A DNA stretch of 64,000 bases from an uncultured delta proteobacterium (GCA_963729715.1 CAVSPA010000004.1:1-64000); one strand, 5' to 3'. Shown: positions 42,008-53,506, numbered from the stretch's first letter. The notes: generated by a model from the letters alone, not told the origin. Numbers and translations are program-made.

Positions 42008-42921
42008 AAAAGGATTTCCTAAGCCTCTATGATCTTGATCGGGATGATTTTGAGGCGGTATTCGAAAAGGCTGATAAGGTCAAAAAGATGCTCAAGGCGG
42101 GTGTATCCCATACGCCGCTTACCGGGAAGACCCTCGGGATGATTTTTGATAAATCGTCCACGAGAACCCGAATATCTTTTGAGGTTGGCATCTATCAATT
42201 GGGAGGAATGGCTTTATTCCTGAACAATCGCGATACCCAAGTCGGCAGAGGTGAGGATATCTCCGATACTGCACGGGTCATCTCGCGGTACCTTGACGCC
42301 GTCGTGATAAGGACATATTCCCAATCCTTCGTGGAAGACTTCGCCCGATACGCGACTATCCCCGTCATTAACGGCCTGACGGATGAGCAGCATCCCTGTC
42401 AGATCTTGAGCGACCTTTTCACCATCATGGAGAAGAAGGGTAGATATGAGGGGTTGAAGGTTGCCTATGTAGGAGACGGCAACAATGTCGCAAACTCGTG
42501 GATTGACGCGGCAGCCAGGCTTCCTATCCGGCTCAGTATTGCGTGTCCGGAAAAATACGAGCCTGCGCATGACATATTGGAAAGAGGCACGAAAAAGGCA
42601 GAGGGCAGCATAACTCTCTATCGTAAGCCCGCTGATGCCGTCAAGGATGCAGACGTAATCTACACGGATGTCTGGACTAGTATGGGTCAGGAGGCGGAAA
42701 AGGAGGAGAGGGGAAAAATATTCAGAGGTTATCAGATCAACGAAGAAATGCTCGCCCGTGCACGGAAAGACGCTATTGTCATGCACTGCCTGCCCGCCCA
42801 CCGGGGCGAGGAGATAACGGACGATGTTATCGATGGTCCCCATTCTGTGGTGATTGATCAGGCGGAGAATCGCCTGCATGTGCAGAAGGCGGTAATGGAG
42901 ATATTGATTTTAGGAGGATAA
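42004..42921 (+). CDS. argF: Ornithine carbamoyltransferase
   Basis: SSTRTR, HPCQ, DVWTSMG, HCLP. Confidence 0.97.
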   Translation: MKKDFLSLYDLDRDDFEAVFEKADKVKKMLKAGVSHTPLTGKTLGMIFDKSSTRTRISFEVGIYQLGGMALFLNNRDTQVGRGEDISDTARVISRYLDAVVIRTYSQSFVEDFARYATIPVINGLTDEQHPCQILSDLFTIMEKKGRYEGLKVAYVGDGNNVANSWIDAAARLPIRLSIACPEKYEPAHDILERGTKKAEGSITLYRKPADAVKDADVIYTDVWTSMGQEAEKEERGKIFRGYQINEEMLARARKDAIVMHCLPAHRGEEITDDVIDGPHSVVIDQAENRLHVQKAVMEILILGG

Positions 42922-42925
42922 GGTC

Positions 42926-44143
42926 TTGGCAGATAAGGTGAAGAAAGTAGTGCTGGCCTATTCAGGAGGATTGGATACATCCGTCATTCTGAAATGGCTG
43001 ATTGAGACGTACAAGTGCGAGGTAATTGCTTTTGCGGCCGATATAGGTCAGGAAGAGGAGCTCACCGGCCTCAGGGAAAAGGCGCAAAAAACAGGCGCCA
43101 GCAAGATTTATATAGACAATTTACAGGAAGAATTCGTGAAAGACTTTGTCTTTCCCGCTCTCCGGGCTAATGCCATCTATGAGGGCACCTATCTCATGGG
43201 CACATCGCTTGCGAGGCCTCTTATCGCAAAAAGGCAAATTGAGATTGCGAGAGCGGAAGGGGCTGACGCAGTCTCCCATGGTTCCACGGGCAAAGGAAAT
43301 GATCAGGTGCGATTCGAGTTGACATACACGGCCCTGAACCCAGCCGTCAGGATCATTGCGGCATGGAGGGACCCGAATTGGTTCTTTGATTCCCGAGGCT
43401 CCATGATCGATTATGCTAAGAAGCACGGCATCCCTGTGGCCATAACGAAGAAAAAGCCGTACAGCAGCGACAGGAATCTTCTTCACATTTCTCACGAGGG
43501 CGGGATCCTCGAAGACCCCTGGAGGGAGCCCCCGGAAGACATGTTCGTGTTGACGATGGCCCCGGAGAAAGCGCCTGACCGCGCTACATACGTGGAAATC
43601 GATTTCCGGAAAGGGAATCCCGTGGCGATCGATGGGGTGAAGTTGAGTGGCGCAAAGCTTCTCCGCAGGATGAACAAATTGGCGGGGGCCAACGGCATCG
43701 GCAGGGTCGACATGGTGGAAAACCGTTTTGTCGGCATGAAATCAAGGGGCGTTTATGAAACACCCGGCGGTACGGTGCTCTGGGCGGCCCATCGCGCCGT
43801 AGAATCTATTACGATGGATCGCGAAGTGATGTTGCTGCGTGATTCCCTGATTCCCAAGTATGCACAGCTCGTCTACAATGGTTTCTGGTATTCACCGGAG
43901 ATGAAGGTGCTGCAGAAGTTCATTGACGAAACGCAGGAAAATGTCACGGGGACTGCGCGTCTGAAGTTGTACAAGGGGAATTGCATCGTTGTCGGACGCA
44001 AGTCACCGAACTCGCTTTACAGCGAGGAATTTGTTACCTTCGAAAAAGACAGGGTCTACGACCAGAAGGATGCCACTGGCTTCATAAGGCTCAATGCTCT
44101 GAGGCTGAAGATTCAGGCGTTTATGAAAAAAGGAAAAGTGTAA
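42926..44143 (+). CDS. argG: Argininosuccinate synthase
   Basis: [36 protein letters not shown]. Confidence 0.97.
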   Translation: MADKVKKVVLAYSGGLDTSVILKWLIETYKCEVIAFAADIGQEEELTGLREKAQKTGASKIYIDNLQEEFVKDFVFPALRANAIYEGTYLMGTSLARPLIAKRQIEIARAEGADAVSHGSTGKGNDQVRFELTYTALNPAVRIIAAWRDPNWFFDSRGSMIDYAKKHGIPVAITKKKPYSSDRNLLHISHEGGILEDPWREPPEDMFVLTMAPEKAPDRATYVEIDFRKGNPVAIDGVKLSGAKLLRRMNKLAGANGIGRVDMVENRFVGMKSRGVYETPGGTVLWAAHRAVESITMDREVMLLRDSLIPKYAQLVYNGFWYSPEMKVLQKFIDETQENVTGTARLKLYKGNCIVVGRKSPNSLYSEEFVTFEKDRVYDQKDATGFIRLNALRLKIQAFMKKGKV

Positions 44144-44153
44144 GGACAAGCTG

Positions 44154-45539
44154 ATGCCAGGAAAACAGAAAAAACCGTGGGGCGGGCGGTTCAGCCGGCC
44201 GACAGCCAAGATGGTCGAGGCATTCACTGCTTCGATTCACTTTGATAAACGCCTCTATCGCTATGACATCGAGGGAAGTATTGCCCATGCCCGGATGCTT
44301 TCCAAGCAGAAAATTATCTCCAGGAAGGATGAGAAAGTCATAGTTAAGGGGCTTACGGTAATCCTTCACGAAATAGAAAAAGGCCGATTTGCCTTCAAGC
44401 CTGAGGACGAAGACATCCACATGGCCATTGAGAAGGCCCTGATAGAGAGGACAGGAGCAGCGGGCGGAAAGCTCCATGCAGGAAGGAGTAGAAACGATCA
44501 GGTCTCGCTCGACGTCCGGATGTACCTGAGAGATGAAATCCGGCAGATTGTCGAAATCGTGTTGCGGCTGAAGGCAGCGCTCCTCGAGTTGGCCGGTAAG
44601 GAAGAAGGCACAATCCTGCCGGGATATACTCATATGCAGAGGGCGCAGCCCGTGCTCTTAGCCCATTATCTTCTCGCGTACTGGGAAATGCTGGATAGGG
44701 ATGAAGAGCGATTACGGGAATGTCACAAACGGGTGAACATCATGCCTTTGGGTTCGGCCGCCCTCGCAGGGACGGGTCTTCCCATAGACAGGGCATATGC
44801 CGCGAGACTGCTGAAATTTTCGGGAATATCTCGCAATAGTATGGACGCCGTATCGGATCGTGACTTTGTCGCAGAATTTATCTTTGTTGCTTCTCTTCTG
44901 ATGATGCACATGAGCCGGTTCTGTGAAGACCTCGTCATCTGGTCAACGGGTGAGTTTCAGTTTGCGGAGATTTCTGACGCTTTTACTACAGGCAGCAGTA
45001 TTATGCCGCAGAAGAAGAATCCCGACGTGGCCGAGCTTATCCGGGGAAAGGCAGGACGGGTATATGGAGATCTCGTTGCCGTGCTGACCATGATGAAGGG
45101 GCTTCCCATGACATATAACAGGGACCTTCAAGAGGATAAGGAACGGCTCTTCGATGCAGTGGATACGGCAAAGAGTTGTGCCGGCATTTTGTGTGAGATG
45201 GTGCCGCATTTGAAATTCAACAGGGAAAAAATGCTACAAGCAGCCTCGGGCGGATTTTCCACGGCGACGGACGTGGCAGAATATCTCGTCATGAAAGGTG
45301 TTCCTTTCCGGGAAGCACACAGGGTGGTCGGGCGGCTCGTTGCGTATTGCATTGAGAAGAAAAAGGACATGCCCGCACTAACGCTGGCGGAATTCCGGCG
45401 GTTCCACAGAGGCTTTGGGGAAGATGTCTACGCGCTTCTCAAGGTAGAGCACGCGGTGCATTCAAAGAGAAGCTCCGGAGGGACTTCGAAGAGAAATGTT
45501 TCGCTGCGACTCAAAGATATCAGAGGCAAGAAGAAGTGA
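44154..45539 (+). CDS. argH: Argininosuccinate lyase
   Basis: WGGRF, EDIH, GRSRNDQ, GSSIMPQKKNPD. Confidence 0.97.
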   Translation: MPGKQKKPWGGRFSRPTAKMVEAFTASIHFDKRLYRYDIEGSIAHARMLSKQKIISRKDEKVIVKGLTVILHEIEKGRFAFKPEDEDIHMAIEKALIERTGAAGGKLHAGRSRNDQVSLDVRMYLRDEIRQIVEIVLRLKAALLELAGKEEGTILPGYTHMQRAQPVLLAHYLLAYWEMLDRDEERLRECHKRVNIMPLGSAALAGTGLPIDRAYAARLLKFSGISRNSMDAVSDRDFVAEFIFVASLLMMHMSRFCEDLVIWSTGEFQFAEISDAFTTGSSIMPQKKNPDVAELIRGKAGRVYGDLVAVLTMMKGLPMTYNRDLQEDKERLFDAVDTAKSCAGILCEMVPHLKFNREKMLQAASGGFSTATDVAEYLVMKGVPFREAHRVVGRLVAYCIEKKKDMPALTLAEFRRFHRGFGEDVYALLKVEHAVHSKRSSGGTSKRNVSLRLKDIRGKKK

Positions 45540-46027
45540 TACGATTTGTCAGGGTGCTGATTGCAGTTTTGTGCTCTGTGCTGGTCCTCGGGGGAGTGTT
45601 TTACGGATGCGGGAAAAAGGCTGATCCGCGGCCTTCCGGCTCTGCCCCTCCCAATGCCATTTCGGACCTCAAGGCGAGTCTTGCCGATTACGGGGTTGTT
45701 CTCCGCTGGACCATTCCGGATGCCAAAGGCGGCATTCAGAAATACAGGATCGAGAGGAGTGAACTTCGTGCGAAAGGGGCTACGTGCCCGGATTGTCCGC
45801 TCCAATATGCCGTTGTGGCGGAACTTTCATCCAATGATCCCAAGCTTGCGAGGGAAGGGGAGAATACCGTGCTCTATCTGGACGCCGGAATTAAGGCTGG
45901 GTATCTTTACTCGTATCGTATTGTAACATGCGATTTGTCGGGTCTTTGCAGCCAGGCCTCGAATATCGCGGAAGCTGTGTTCAGCCCTGGTTTTCCGCAG
46001 GGAAATGAAGGACCTGGGAAAAAATAA
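45536..46027 (+). CDS. Lipoprotein with fibronectin type III-like domain
   Basis: Signal peptide, YGC GKK..P.P lipobox, CPDC, Y.YRIV. Confidence 0.75.
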   Translation: MIRFVRVLIAVLCSVLVLGGVFYGCGKKADPRPSGSAPPNAISDLKASLADYGVVLRWTIPDAKGGIQKYRIERSELRAKGATCPDCPLQYAVVAELSSNDPKLAREGENTVLYLDAGIKAGYLYSYRIVTCDLSGLCSQASNIAEAVFSPGFPQGNEGPGKK

Positions 46028-46072
46028 ATCGACCCTCGCGGGAAGAGTATTGTTTTCTGAGATCAGAGATAA

Positions 46073-47329
46073 ATGAATTACTTTCATTATAAAAATAAGG
46101 CGCTGTGGTGCGAGGAAGTGCCTGTCACAGAGATTGCCCGGAAAGTAGGGACGCCCTTTTATCTCTACAGCGAGAGGACGTTGAAGCACCATTTCCGCGT
46201 GTTCGATGTGGCGTTTGCCAGCGTCCCGCATATTACATGCTTTGCCGTTAAGTCCAATTCAAATATCGCCGTCCTTAGAATTTTTATTGCCGAGGGAAGC
46301 GGCGTAGATATAGTCTCCGGAGGAGAGCTGTACCGGGCGCTTCACGCGGGAGTTGACGCGCGCAAGGTCGTTTATTCCGGCGTGGGGAAGAAGGTCGATG
46401 AAATCGAATATGCCCTCAACTCGAATATTCTGATGTTTAATGCGGAGTCTTCCCAGGAGCTTGAGGTGATCAATAGCTGTGCAGAAAGGCTAAGGAAGAA
46501 GGCTCGCATCGCATTGAGGGTCAACCCGGATGTGGATCCCGAAACCCATCCCCACATATCGACGGGGCTTATGAGCAATAAATTCGGGATCGACATTAAG
46601 AAGTCTCCCGAAGAATACCGCCGGGCGCGGGCACTGAAACAATTGGAAATTAGAGGCGTGAGCTGTCACATCGGATCACAGGTGACAAGGATTTCCCCCT
46701 TCCTTGACGCCCTCGAGCGTATCAAGAAGCTTGTACGACTGCTCCGGGACGACGGCATGGATATCAAGTATCTCGATCTCGGAGGAGGCCTCGGCATTAC
46801 CTACGATAAGGAGGATGTCCCTCATCCATCTGAGTATGCCAAGGCCATTATCGATGCTTCAAAGGATATAAATTGTACTTTCATTTTTGAGCCGGGAAGG
46901 GTAATTGTAGGTAATGCGGGAATTCTCGTAACTGAGGTTCTCTATACGAAAAGCAATGACGCGAAAAACTTTATCATCATTGATGCCGGGATGAACGATT
47001 TGGTACGTCCCAGTCTGTATAATTCGTACCATCGGATCCGGCCGGTGATTGAAAAAGAGAGAGAGGAAATCATCGCCGACGTAGTTGGTCCCATATGCGA
47101 GTCCGGCGACTACCTGGCGAAGGGAAGAAAGATTTCCAGATTTGAAAGAGGGGAGCTGATGGCTGTTATGAGCGCCGGTGCATATGGCTTCACGATGTCA
47201 TCCAACTATAATTCAAGAGGCAGGATACCGGAAGTTCTTGTCAGCGACAACAAATTTTTTGTAATTAGAAAAAGAGAGGTTTACGGGGATTTAATCAGGG
47301 GAGAGGTGATACCCGAATTCTTAAGATAA
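46073..47329 (+). CDS. lysA: Diaminopimelate decarboxylase
   Basis: FAVKSN, VSGGE, HIGSQ, GGGLG, EPGR, GPICESGD, GAYG..MSSNYNSR. Confidence 0.97.
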   Translation: MNYFHYKNKALWCEEVPVTEIARKVGTPFYLYSERTLKHHFRVFDVAFASVPHITCFAVKSNSNIAVLRIFIAEGSGVDIVSGGELYRALHAGVDARKVVYSGVGKKVDEIEYALNSNILMFNAESSQELEVINSCAERLRKKARIALRVNPDVDPETHPHISTGLMSNKFGIDIKKSPEEYRRARALKQLEIRGVSCHIGSQVTRISPFLDALERIKKLVRLLRDDGMDIKYLDLGGGLGITYDKEDVPHPSEYAKAIIDASKDINCTFIFEPGRVIVGNAGILVTEVLYTKSNDAKNFIIIDAGMNDLVRPSLYNSYHRIRPVIEKEREEIIADVVGPICESGDYLAKGRKISRFERGELMAVMSAGAYGFTMSSNYNSRGRIPEVLVSDNKFFVIRKREVYGDLIRGEVIPEFLR

Positions 47330-47338
47330 GGAGCGATT

Positions 47339-48214
47339 ATGTTTAGTGGAGCAATTGTGGCGATAGTCACGCCTTTCAAAAAAGGAAAAGTGGATGAGAA
47401 ATCCCTGAGGGAACTTATTGAGTTTCAGATCAAGAATGGAACTGACGGCATTGTTCCGTGTGGAACCACAGGCGAATCCTCGACCCTGTCTCATGAGGAA
47501 CATGACAGGGTAATTGAAATAACGATAGATGCCGCAAGAAAAAGGGTCCCGGTCATCGCTGGCACCGGCTCGAACAGCACGGAGGAAGCCCTGCGGCTGA
47601 CGAGGCATGCCCATGAGGCTGGCGCAGACGGGGCGCTGCTGGTCTGCCCGTATTATAACAGGCCGACCCAGGAGGGCCTTTATCAGCATTTCAAGACTAT
47701 CGCGGAGAGTGTTCCCATTCCGATTATCCCGTACAACATTCCCAGCAGGACTGGTGTTAATCTCTTGCCGGAGACGGTTGCGAGACTCGCGAAAATAAGC
47801 AATATCGTGGGAATCAAGGAGGCGTCAGGCTCTTTGAAGCAGATGCAGGATGTGATCAGTCTCTGCGGCGATAAATTTGATGTCCTCTCAGGCGATGATT
47901 TTTTTACCTTTCCCCTGTTGGCGATAGGCGGCCGGGGCATCGTTTCCGTTGTTTCCAACATCGCACCTGCCGACATGGCGGCCATGGTAGACGCCTTCGC
48001 TGGGGGTGACGTCAAAAGGGCGCAGCGGCTGCATCATAAGCTGGTTCCCTTGATTGATGCACTCTTCATAGAAACGAACCCGGTACCGGTCAAGGCAGCG
48101 CTCTCGATGATGGGCAAGATTGCCTACGATGTGCGGCTTCCCATGTATAAGATGTCGGACGGCAACTATGAGAAGCTTAAGGCAGTGATGAAAAATTACG
48201 GGCTGATCTCATAA
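47339..48214 (+). CDS. dapA: 4-hydroxy-tetrahydrodipicolinate synthase
   Basis: GTTGES, PYYNRP, YNIPSRT, IKEASG, ETNPVPVK. Confidence 0.97.
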   Translation: MFSGAIVAIVTPFKKGKVDEKSLRELIEFQIKNGTDGIVPCGTTGESSTLSHEEHDRVIEITIDAARKRVPVIAGTGSNSTEEALRLTRHAHEAGADGALLVCPYYNRPTQEGLYQHFKTIAESVPIPIIPYNIPSRTGVNLLPETVARLAKISNIVGIKEASGSLKQMQDVISLCGDKFDVLSGDDFFTFPLLAIGGRGIVSVVSNIAPADMAAMVDAFAGGDVKRAQRLHHKLVPLIDALFIETNPVPVKAALSMMGKIAYDVRLPMYKMSDGNYEKLKAVMKNYGLIS

Positions 48215-48227
48215 TGTGAGATGCTTT

Positions 48228-48316
48228 TGTCATACCCGCAAGTATTTATCGGGTATCCAGTTCTTGCAGATATCGCAAGATCTGGATTTCCGCTAAAAAG
48301 CACTGCGGGAATGACA
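48228..48316. repeat. Palindromic extragenic repeat (GTCAT..CCCGC / GCGGGAATGAC type)
   Basis: TGTCATACCCGCA...TCCAG...CTGGA...TGCGGGAATGACA nested inverted repeats between dapA and dapB. Confidence 0.7.
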
Positions 48317-48439
48317 GGTGGTACGAGAACCCTGACGATGATGTGCTTTGGTTTTCGCTCGTGATGACAATATAAATGATATTGCGGTGTAGGTTTAAGA
48401 AGTCCTTAAGAGATGTTTTAGCAACACAGGAGATTAGAG

Positions 48440-49249
48440 ATGATCAAAGCCATCGTTACCGGCGCTGGCGGCAGGATGGGAGGCAGGATTATAAGCCTTC
48501 TGTCTGAGTCTGATGAGATAAGATTGGCGGGCGCCGTGGAGCAGAAGGGGCATCCTACAATCGGCCAGGATATAGGGGAGAAGCTCGGCCTCGGCAAAAC
48601 AGGAGTTCTTGTCGATGATCATCTTGCGGCATGCATCGAAAAAGGCGACGTGGTCATCGATTTCACCCATCATGAGGTATCAGTGGGACATCTCGAGGTA
48701 GCTCGCGAAAAAGGCCGTGCCATTGTTATTGGTTCTACGGGCTTTACCGCCGATGAAATGGCAAAGGTCAGGAAGATTGCGGCCGGAACCCGCTGCGTCC
48801 TCTCGCCCAATATGAGCATCGGCGTAAATGTCATGTTCAAGGTTCTCGACTATGTGGCCGGAATACTCGGGGATGATTACAATGTAGAGATAGTGGAGGC
48901 GCACCACAATTTAAAAAAGGACGCTCCGAGCGGGACAGCGATGAAGATGGCGCAGATCATATCGGAAAAACTGGGACGTGATCTTGAGAAGGTTGGTGTC
49001 TTTGTCAGGAAAGGCATGATCGGTGAAAGGACCAAATCCGAAATCGGGATTCAAACACTGAGGGCCGGGGATATAGTTGGAGAGCATACGGTCATGTTTG
49101 GTGGAGTCGGTGAGAGACTGGAATTCATTCACCGCGCCCACAGCCGGGACAATTTCGCGAGGGGCGCCATACTGGCGGCGAAGTGGATCGTGAATCAGAG
49201 AAACGGTCTCTATGATATGCAGGACGTCCTGGGGATGAGGGGGAAGTGA
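48440..49249 (+). CDS. dapB: 4-hydroxy-tetrahydrodipicolinate reductase
   Basis: GAGGRMG, DFT, GSTG, EAHHNLKKDAPSGTA. Confidence 0.97.
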   Translation: MIKAIVTGAGGRMGGRIISLLSESDEIRLAGAVEQKGHPTIGQDIGEKLGLGKTGVLVDDHLAACIEKGDVVIDFTHHEVSVGHLEVAREKGRAIVIGSTGFTADEMAKVRKIAAGTRCVLSPNMSIGVNVMFKVLDYVAGILGDDYNVEIVEAHHNLKKDAPSGTAMKMAQIISEKLGRDLEKVGVFVRKGMIGERTKSEIGIQTLRAGDIVGEHTVMFGGVGERLEFIHRAHSRDNFARGAILAAKWIVNQRNGLYDMQDVLGMRGK

Positions 49250-49255
49250 CTTTAG

Positions 49256-49795
49256 GTGCACGCTCAATTGTCAGATGATGTCCGCGGAGTTATCGCCTTT
49301 ATCGGTATCGGCTCCAATATGAACGATCCTGCGGCAAGGTGCAGGGAGGCTCTTTGTTTCCTGTCTCAAGGAAGCGGCATAAAAGTCCTGCGGCAGTCGT
49401 CTTTCTACCGCACCGAACCTGTCGGATTTGAAAAGCAGGATTGGTTTATTAACGCGGTAGCGGAGATAAGAACGGACTTGTATCCCCGTGAGCTGCTGAG
49501 AACCACGCAAGAGATGGAGGAGAAGATGGGACGGATAAGAGGACCCAAGTGGGGACCGCGTGTTATGGATCTCGACATCCTTCTTTATGGCCAGGAGGTA
49601 CTAAAGGATGATGACCTGGTAATACCCCATCCGGATCTTCACAAGAGGCGATTCGTTCTTGAACCTCTGTGTGAAATAGCGTCGTATGCGATTCACCCGA
49701 TCTTCGGAGTTTCCATGCACGGACTAATGGAGAGACTCGATGATGAAAGCAGGGTTTACCTGCACAGTAGAAATGGAGAACCATGCTTGGCTTAA
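49256..49795 (+). CDS. folK: 6-hydroxymethyl-7,8-dihydropterin pyrophosphokinase
   Basis: IGIGSN, FINAV, GPRVMDLDIL, IPHP...RRFVL.PL. Confidence 0.95.
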   Translation: MHAQLSDDVRGVIAFIGIGSNMNDPAARCREALCFLSQGSGIKVLRQSSFYRTEPVGFEKQDWFINAVAEIRTDLYPRELLRTTQEMEEKMGRIRGPKWGPRVMDLDILLYGQEVLKDDDLVIPHPDLHKRRFVLEPLCEIASYAIHPIFGVSMHGLMERLDDESRVYLHSRNGEPCLA

Positions 49796-50076
49796 TTCGC
49801 TTACTTATTTTTGCTTTTATCATTTACCTTGTCTATAGGCTCGTTAAGTGGATAGTCCAATCACCGGGCATCAAGGGCCGGGACATGCCGGGGCATCAGG
49901 TGCCTGCCGCGCCAGGCGAAGATCTGGTGGAGGACCCGTACTGTCATATATACGTGCCGATGAGCCAGGCCCATAAAGCCGTGATTGACGGGCAGGACTT
50001 ATATTTTTGCAGTGAAACGTGCTTGGGAAAATACATATCGGAGCACTCAACAAAGAAAGCGCAGGGGGCCGCATGA
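49783..50076 (+). CDS. Membrane-anchored YHS/TRASH-like domain protein
   Basis: N-terminal TM; DPYC..YVP...YFCSETC. Confidence 0.8.
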   Translation: MLGLIRLLIFAFIIYLVYRLVKWIVQSPGIKGRDMPGHQVPAAPGEDLVEDPYCHIYVPMSQAHKAVIDGQDLYFCSETCLGKYISEHSTKKAQGAA

Positions 50077-50723
50077 AATTTTTTATCGATTCCGCAAATA
50101 TTAACGAAGTCAAGGAAGGCATCAGCCTGGGGATGGTTGACGGGGTGACTACCAACCCGTCATTGATTGCGAAGGAGAAAAGGGGATTCGAAGAGGTTGT
50201 AAAGGAGATCCTCGATGTGGTGGACGGGCCGGTGAGTTTGGAGATCATCGGCTTGGAAGCAAAAGGCATGGTCCGCGAAGGGAAGAAGCTCGCGAAACTG
50301 GGCGCGAATGCCGTGATAAAGGTTCCCATGACCACAGAGGGGTTGAAAGCCACAAGGATTTTTGCAGACGCCGGAATCAGGGTTAATCAGACGCTGATTT
50401 TTTCAGCCGTACAGGCCTTGATGGCGGCAAAAGCGGGTGCTGCATATGTCAGCCCCTTCGTAGGCAGGCTTGATGATATTTCCCATGACGGGATGGGATT
50501 AGTGGAGCAGATCATTACCATCTTTGATAACTATGGCTTTGAAACGGAGGTCATCGTGGCAAGCGTAAGACACCCGCTGCATGTCCTGGAAGCGGCCCTT
50601 ATGGGCGCTGATATCGCTACCATACCATTTAACGTGATCGAAAAGCTCGCCAAGCATCCACTGACGGATAAAGGGATAGAGATGTTTTTAGCTGACTGGA
50701 AGAAAGTTCCCAAGAACAGATAA
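50073..50723 (+). CDS. tal: Transaldolase (FSA/TalC type)
   Basis: [38 protein letters not shown]...FL.DW. Confidence 0.93.
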   Translation: MKFFIDSANINEVKEGISLGMVDGVTTNPSLIAKEKRGFEEVVKEILDVVDGPVSLEIIGLEAKGMVREGKKLAKLGANAVIKVPMTTEGLKATRIFADAGIRVNQTLIFSAVQALMAAKAGAAYVSPFVGRLDDISHDGMGLVEQIITIFDNYGFETEVIVASVRHPLHVLEAALMGADIATIPFNVIEKLAKHPLTDKGIEMFLADWKKVPKNR

Positions 50724-50742
50724 CAGGCATGGGCATGCTGAT

Positions 50743-51345
50743 ATGATTGGTTTCATAAAAAAATCTTTTGGCCGGCTGCCGGACCTGACGGAGAAGGGGG
50801 CGCGCTTAAACTTTCCCAACATAATAACCCTGCTCCGGGTTACCGTCATTCCCGTATTATTTTTTCTCCTTCTTTCTCCCGGCCGGGATGGGAGTCTCGT
50901 AATTGCGGGATTATTTATTCTTGCTGCGCTTACGGACCTCCTTGACGGGTATCTGGCCAGGAAATATGAGATCGTCACAGTGATGGGGAAATTCCTGGAT
51001 CCCATCGCGGACAAGCTCATCGTGAACACGGCGATGATCCTGATGATCCCCATAGGACGTATCTCCGCATGGATTGTCGCCATCATAATTATCAGGGATT
51101 TTGTCGTCGATGGCGTGAGGGCAATATCCCAGTCGGAGGGCTTTATCATTCAGGCAAGCAAGCTCGGCAAGCAAAAAACCCTTTGTCAGGTGTTTGCCGT
51201 ATCCGCCCTTATGATTCATTATCCCTTTCTCGGCGCAGATGCCCATGTAGTCGGGACCGTGATACTCTATATTGCCCTCGTACTATCCGTCACGTCGGGC
51301 ATAGATTATTTGATAAAGTTTTATGAGAATATCTCAAGCCGATAA
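50743..51345 (+). CDS. pgsA: CDP-diacylglycerol--glycerol-3-phosphate 3-phosphatidyltransferase
   Basis: PNIITLLR, TDLLDGYLAR...GKFLDPIADK. Confidence 0.93.
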   Translation: MIGFIKKSFGRLPDLTEKGARLNFPNIITLLRVTVIPVLFFLLLSPGRDGSLVIAGLFILAALTDLLDGYLARKYEIVTVMGKFLDPIADKLIVNTAMILMIPIGRISAWIVAIIIIRDFVVDGVRAISQSEGFIIQASKLGKQKTLCQVFAVSALMIHYPFLGADAHVVGTVILYIALVLSVTSGIDYLIKFYENISSR

Positions 51346-51356
51346 GAAGGATCGCA

Positions 51357-52172
51357 ATGATCGATACTTCCAAATCAGATTATTCATCCTTTGATAGCCC
51401 CACGATCTCAGCCTCTTTGTTTTATCCCCGCCCCGAGTATGGTGCACCCGCTGACGATGAAGAAGTCGAGTCGATCCTTATTCCCGTTGAGAAAGACGTG
51501 GTGGTTGGCGCCCGGTTTTACATGGCTGGTCCGGAGGCGGCAACGATTTTTTTCTTTCACGGCAATGGGGAGATCGTTGCCGATTATGACGAGCTCGGGA
51601 TAGTCTATAACGATATGGGTATAAATTTCTTTCCCATCGATTACCGCGGCTACGGCCGCTCTACGGGTAGGCCTACAGTCACGGCCATAATGCGGGATAG
51701 TCACACCGTTTTCGGCTTTATGAAAAACCATCTTGCGAAGAAAGGATACACCGGCCCGGTCATAGTGATGGGGAGATCACTCGGCAGCGCTCCCGCCCTT
51801 GATCTGGCATTTCATTACAAAGATGAGATTGATGGACTCATCATTGACAGTGGCTTTGCCTACGCAGGCCCGTTGCTGCTTCTTTTCGGCATTGACATGC
51901 AGGCCTTGGGCATGAGCGAAGAGCAGGGATTTCGCAATTTGGATAAGATGCGCAGCTTCGACAAACCCACGCTCGTTATTCACGCAGAGTTCGACCATAT
52001 TATTCCTTTTTCAGAAGGGCAGCTTCTCTTTGAAGCGAGTCCTTCCCGGCATAAAAAATTTCTGAAGGTTCCGGGGGCGAATCACAACGATATCTTTGCG
52101 CATGGCATAGCGGCGTATCTCGAATCCGTAAAGTGGCTGGTGGAGGAGAGCACGGGGCCTTTGGCAAAATAA
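51357..52172 (+). CDS. Alpha/beta hydrolase
   Basis: FFHGNGE, DYRGYG.S.G, GRSLG nucleophile elbow, D..IP, GANHND. Confidence 0.9.
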   Translation: MIDTSKSDYSSFDSPTISASLFYPRPEYGAPADDEEVESILIPVEKDVVVGARFYMAGPEAATIFFFHGNGEIVADYDELGIVYNDMGINFFPIDYRGYGRSTGRPTVTAIMRDSHTVFGFMKNHLAKKGYTGPVIVMGRSLGSAPALDLAFHYKDEIDGLIIDSGFAYAGPLLLLFGIDMQALGMSEEQGFRNLDKMRSFDKPTLVIHAEFDHIIPFSEGQLLFEASPSRHKKFLKVPGANHNDIFAHGIAAYLESVKWLVEESTGPLAK

Positions 52173-52235
52173 TGGCTTAAAATGAATTTTTATTGACAAA
52201 CCTGTTCAATTTGATATAGGAAACGTACTTCATGA

Positions 52236-52310
52236 GCGGGCGTAACTCAGGGGTAGAGTGCCACCTTGCCAAGGTGGACGTCGACGGTTCAAATCCGTTC
52301 GCCCGCTCCA
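52236..52310 (+). tRNA. tRNA-Gly(GCC)
   Basis: Anticodon arm CACC-TT-GCC-AA-GGTG, GGTTCAAATCC, CCA. Confidence 0.95.
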
Positions 52311-52317
52311 TTTATTT

Positions 52318-52393
52318 GGCGGCATAGCCAAGTGGTTAAGGCAGCGGTCTGCAAAACCGTTATTCATCGGTTCGAATCCGATTGCCGCCTCCA
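52318..52393 (+). tRNA. tRNA-Cys(GCA)
   Basis: Anticodon arm GCGGT-CT-GCA-AA-ACCGT, GGTTCGAATCC, CCA. Confidence 0.95.
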
Positions 52394-52402
52394 GATAAGA
52401 TT

Positions 52403-52435
52403 GAGGGGTTATCCATTTCAGGTTAGCCCCTTTTT
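52403..52435 (+). terminator. Putative Rho-independent terminator after tRNA-Cys
   Basis: AGGGGTTA...TAGCCCCT followed by T run. Confidence 0.7.
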
Positions 52436-52778
52436 AAGTTATGAGAGCATCTTTCCCCAAAGCCTTCTTTCCCAGTCAAGTTGACTTTCCTAATAGAGTC
52501 GTAGCTTTCGCTTTTCATATTCAAAAATGGTCATAGATGTCAATTGTGGTGCTTATGCTGCCATCTAATAGTCGACTGAGGAAACGCCTGCAAAGCATAT
52601 TACCTGCGTTTTCGACGGTTCCATCATCGGCATAGATTTAGAGAAAAGGAACATACAATAATCTTCAATTATTGACACATTATGCAAAAGTGATTAATGA
52701 AAGATTTAAAAGTGGTTTGGCGGTCTTCTAAGGTCGTTTACTAAGATTACTAGACAGGCGAATTACTAAAAGAAACTT

Positions 52779-53123
52779 TTATTCTGGGTCTATTCCATAT
52801 TTTCGTATTTCCTGTACCATTATTTGTTGCCACTCGGACATACGATCATATAAATTGATAGCTTCATCTTTGTTCTCAACCATTAGGATTGCCCAGGAGA
52901 GGTTTAGGGGATTAACGTTATGAAGCATACGGAGAACTTCTGTTGCTAAATGTAGATCCCCGTTCCCCTTGTAACGTTTCCTAACATAAGTATTCGCAAT
53001 ATCTATTGGGTTCATCCTTGGGTTTCTTTCCTTTATCGTCTTCCAGCCTTGTGCAACAGTTCTCGCTGTTTCCCCGATACGACCCTTTCTTGCCAACCAC
53101 TTAGCAAAACCCATATTGCCCAA
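52779..53123 (-). CDS. Hypothetical protein
   Basis: 114-aa ORF in AT-rich DNA; no recognised motif. Confidence 0.5.
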   Translation of the reverse strand: MGNMGFAKWLARKGRIGETARTVAQGWKTIKERNPRMNPIDIANTYVRKRYKGNGDLHLATEVLRMLHNVNPLNLSWAILMVENKDEAINLYDRMSEWQQIMVQEIRKYGIDPE

Positions 53124-53506
53124 TAATCCTTGGTCTTTTATTGTTACGGTTCATTACTGAGGAACACGCTCTCAGTACTCTATATATTCTGCTGAAAACA
53201 ACGCGAAAAAAATACGGGGAGAATGGCCGGTAAAAACTATTATTCGTGATAATGAGCATACTGAGGAATGTTTGGATTTTTTATTTAGAGAGGTTATGCA
53301 GTTGGTTGTAATATCGTAGCAAGAAGACGAATAGGAAAGTGAGGACTTCAGGATGCGATAAACGGGGTAGTGTAGACTTGACATACCTGCTGTATGAAAT
53401 TGCAGATTCTAAATCTTAAATTTTACCTTTTGTAATCTTCGATGCGCAAGAAGTCGATACACTATCAAGGCATGAATAATACGTCGAGCATTCTTGTCCG
53501 TTTTCA

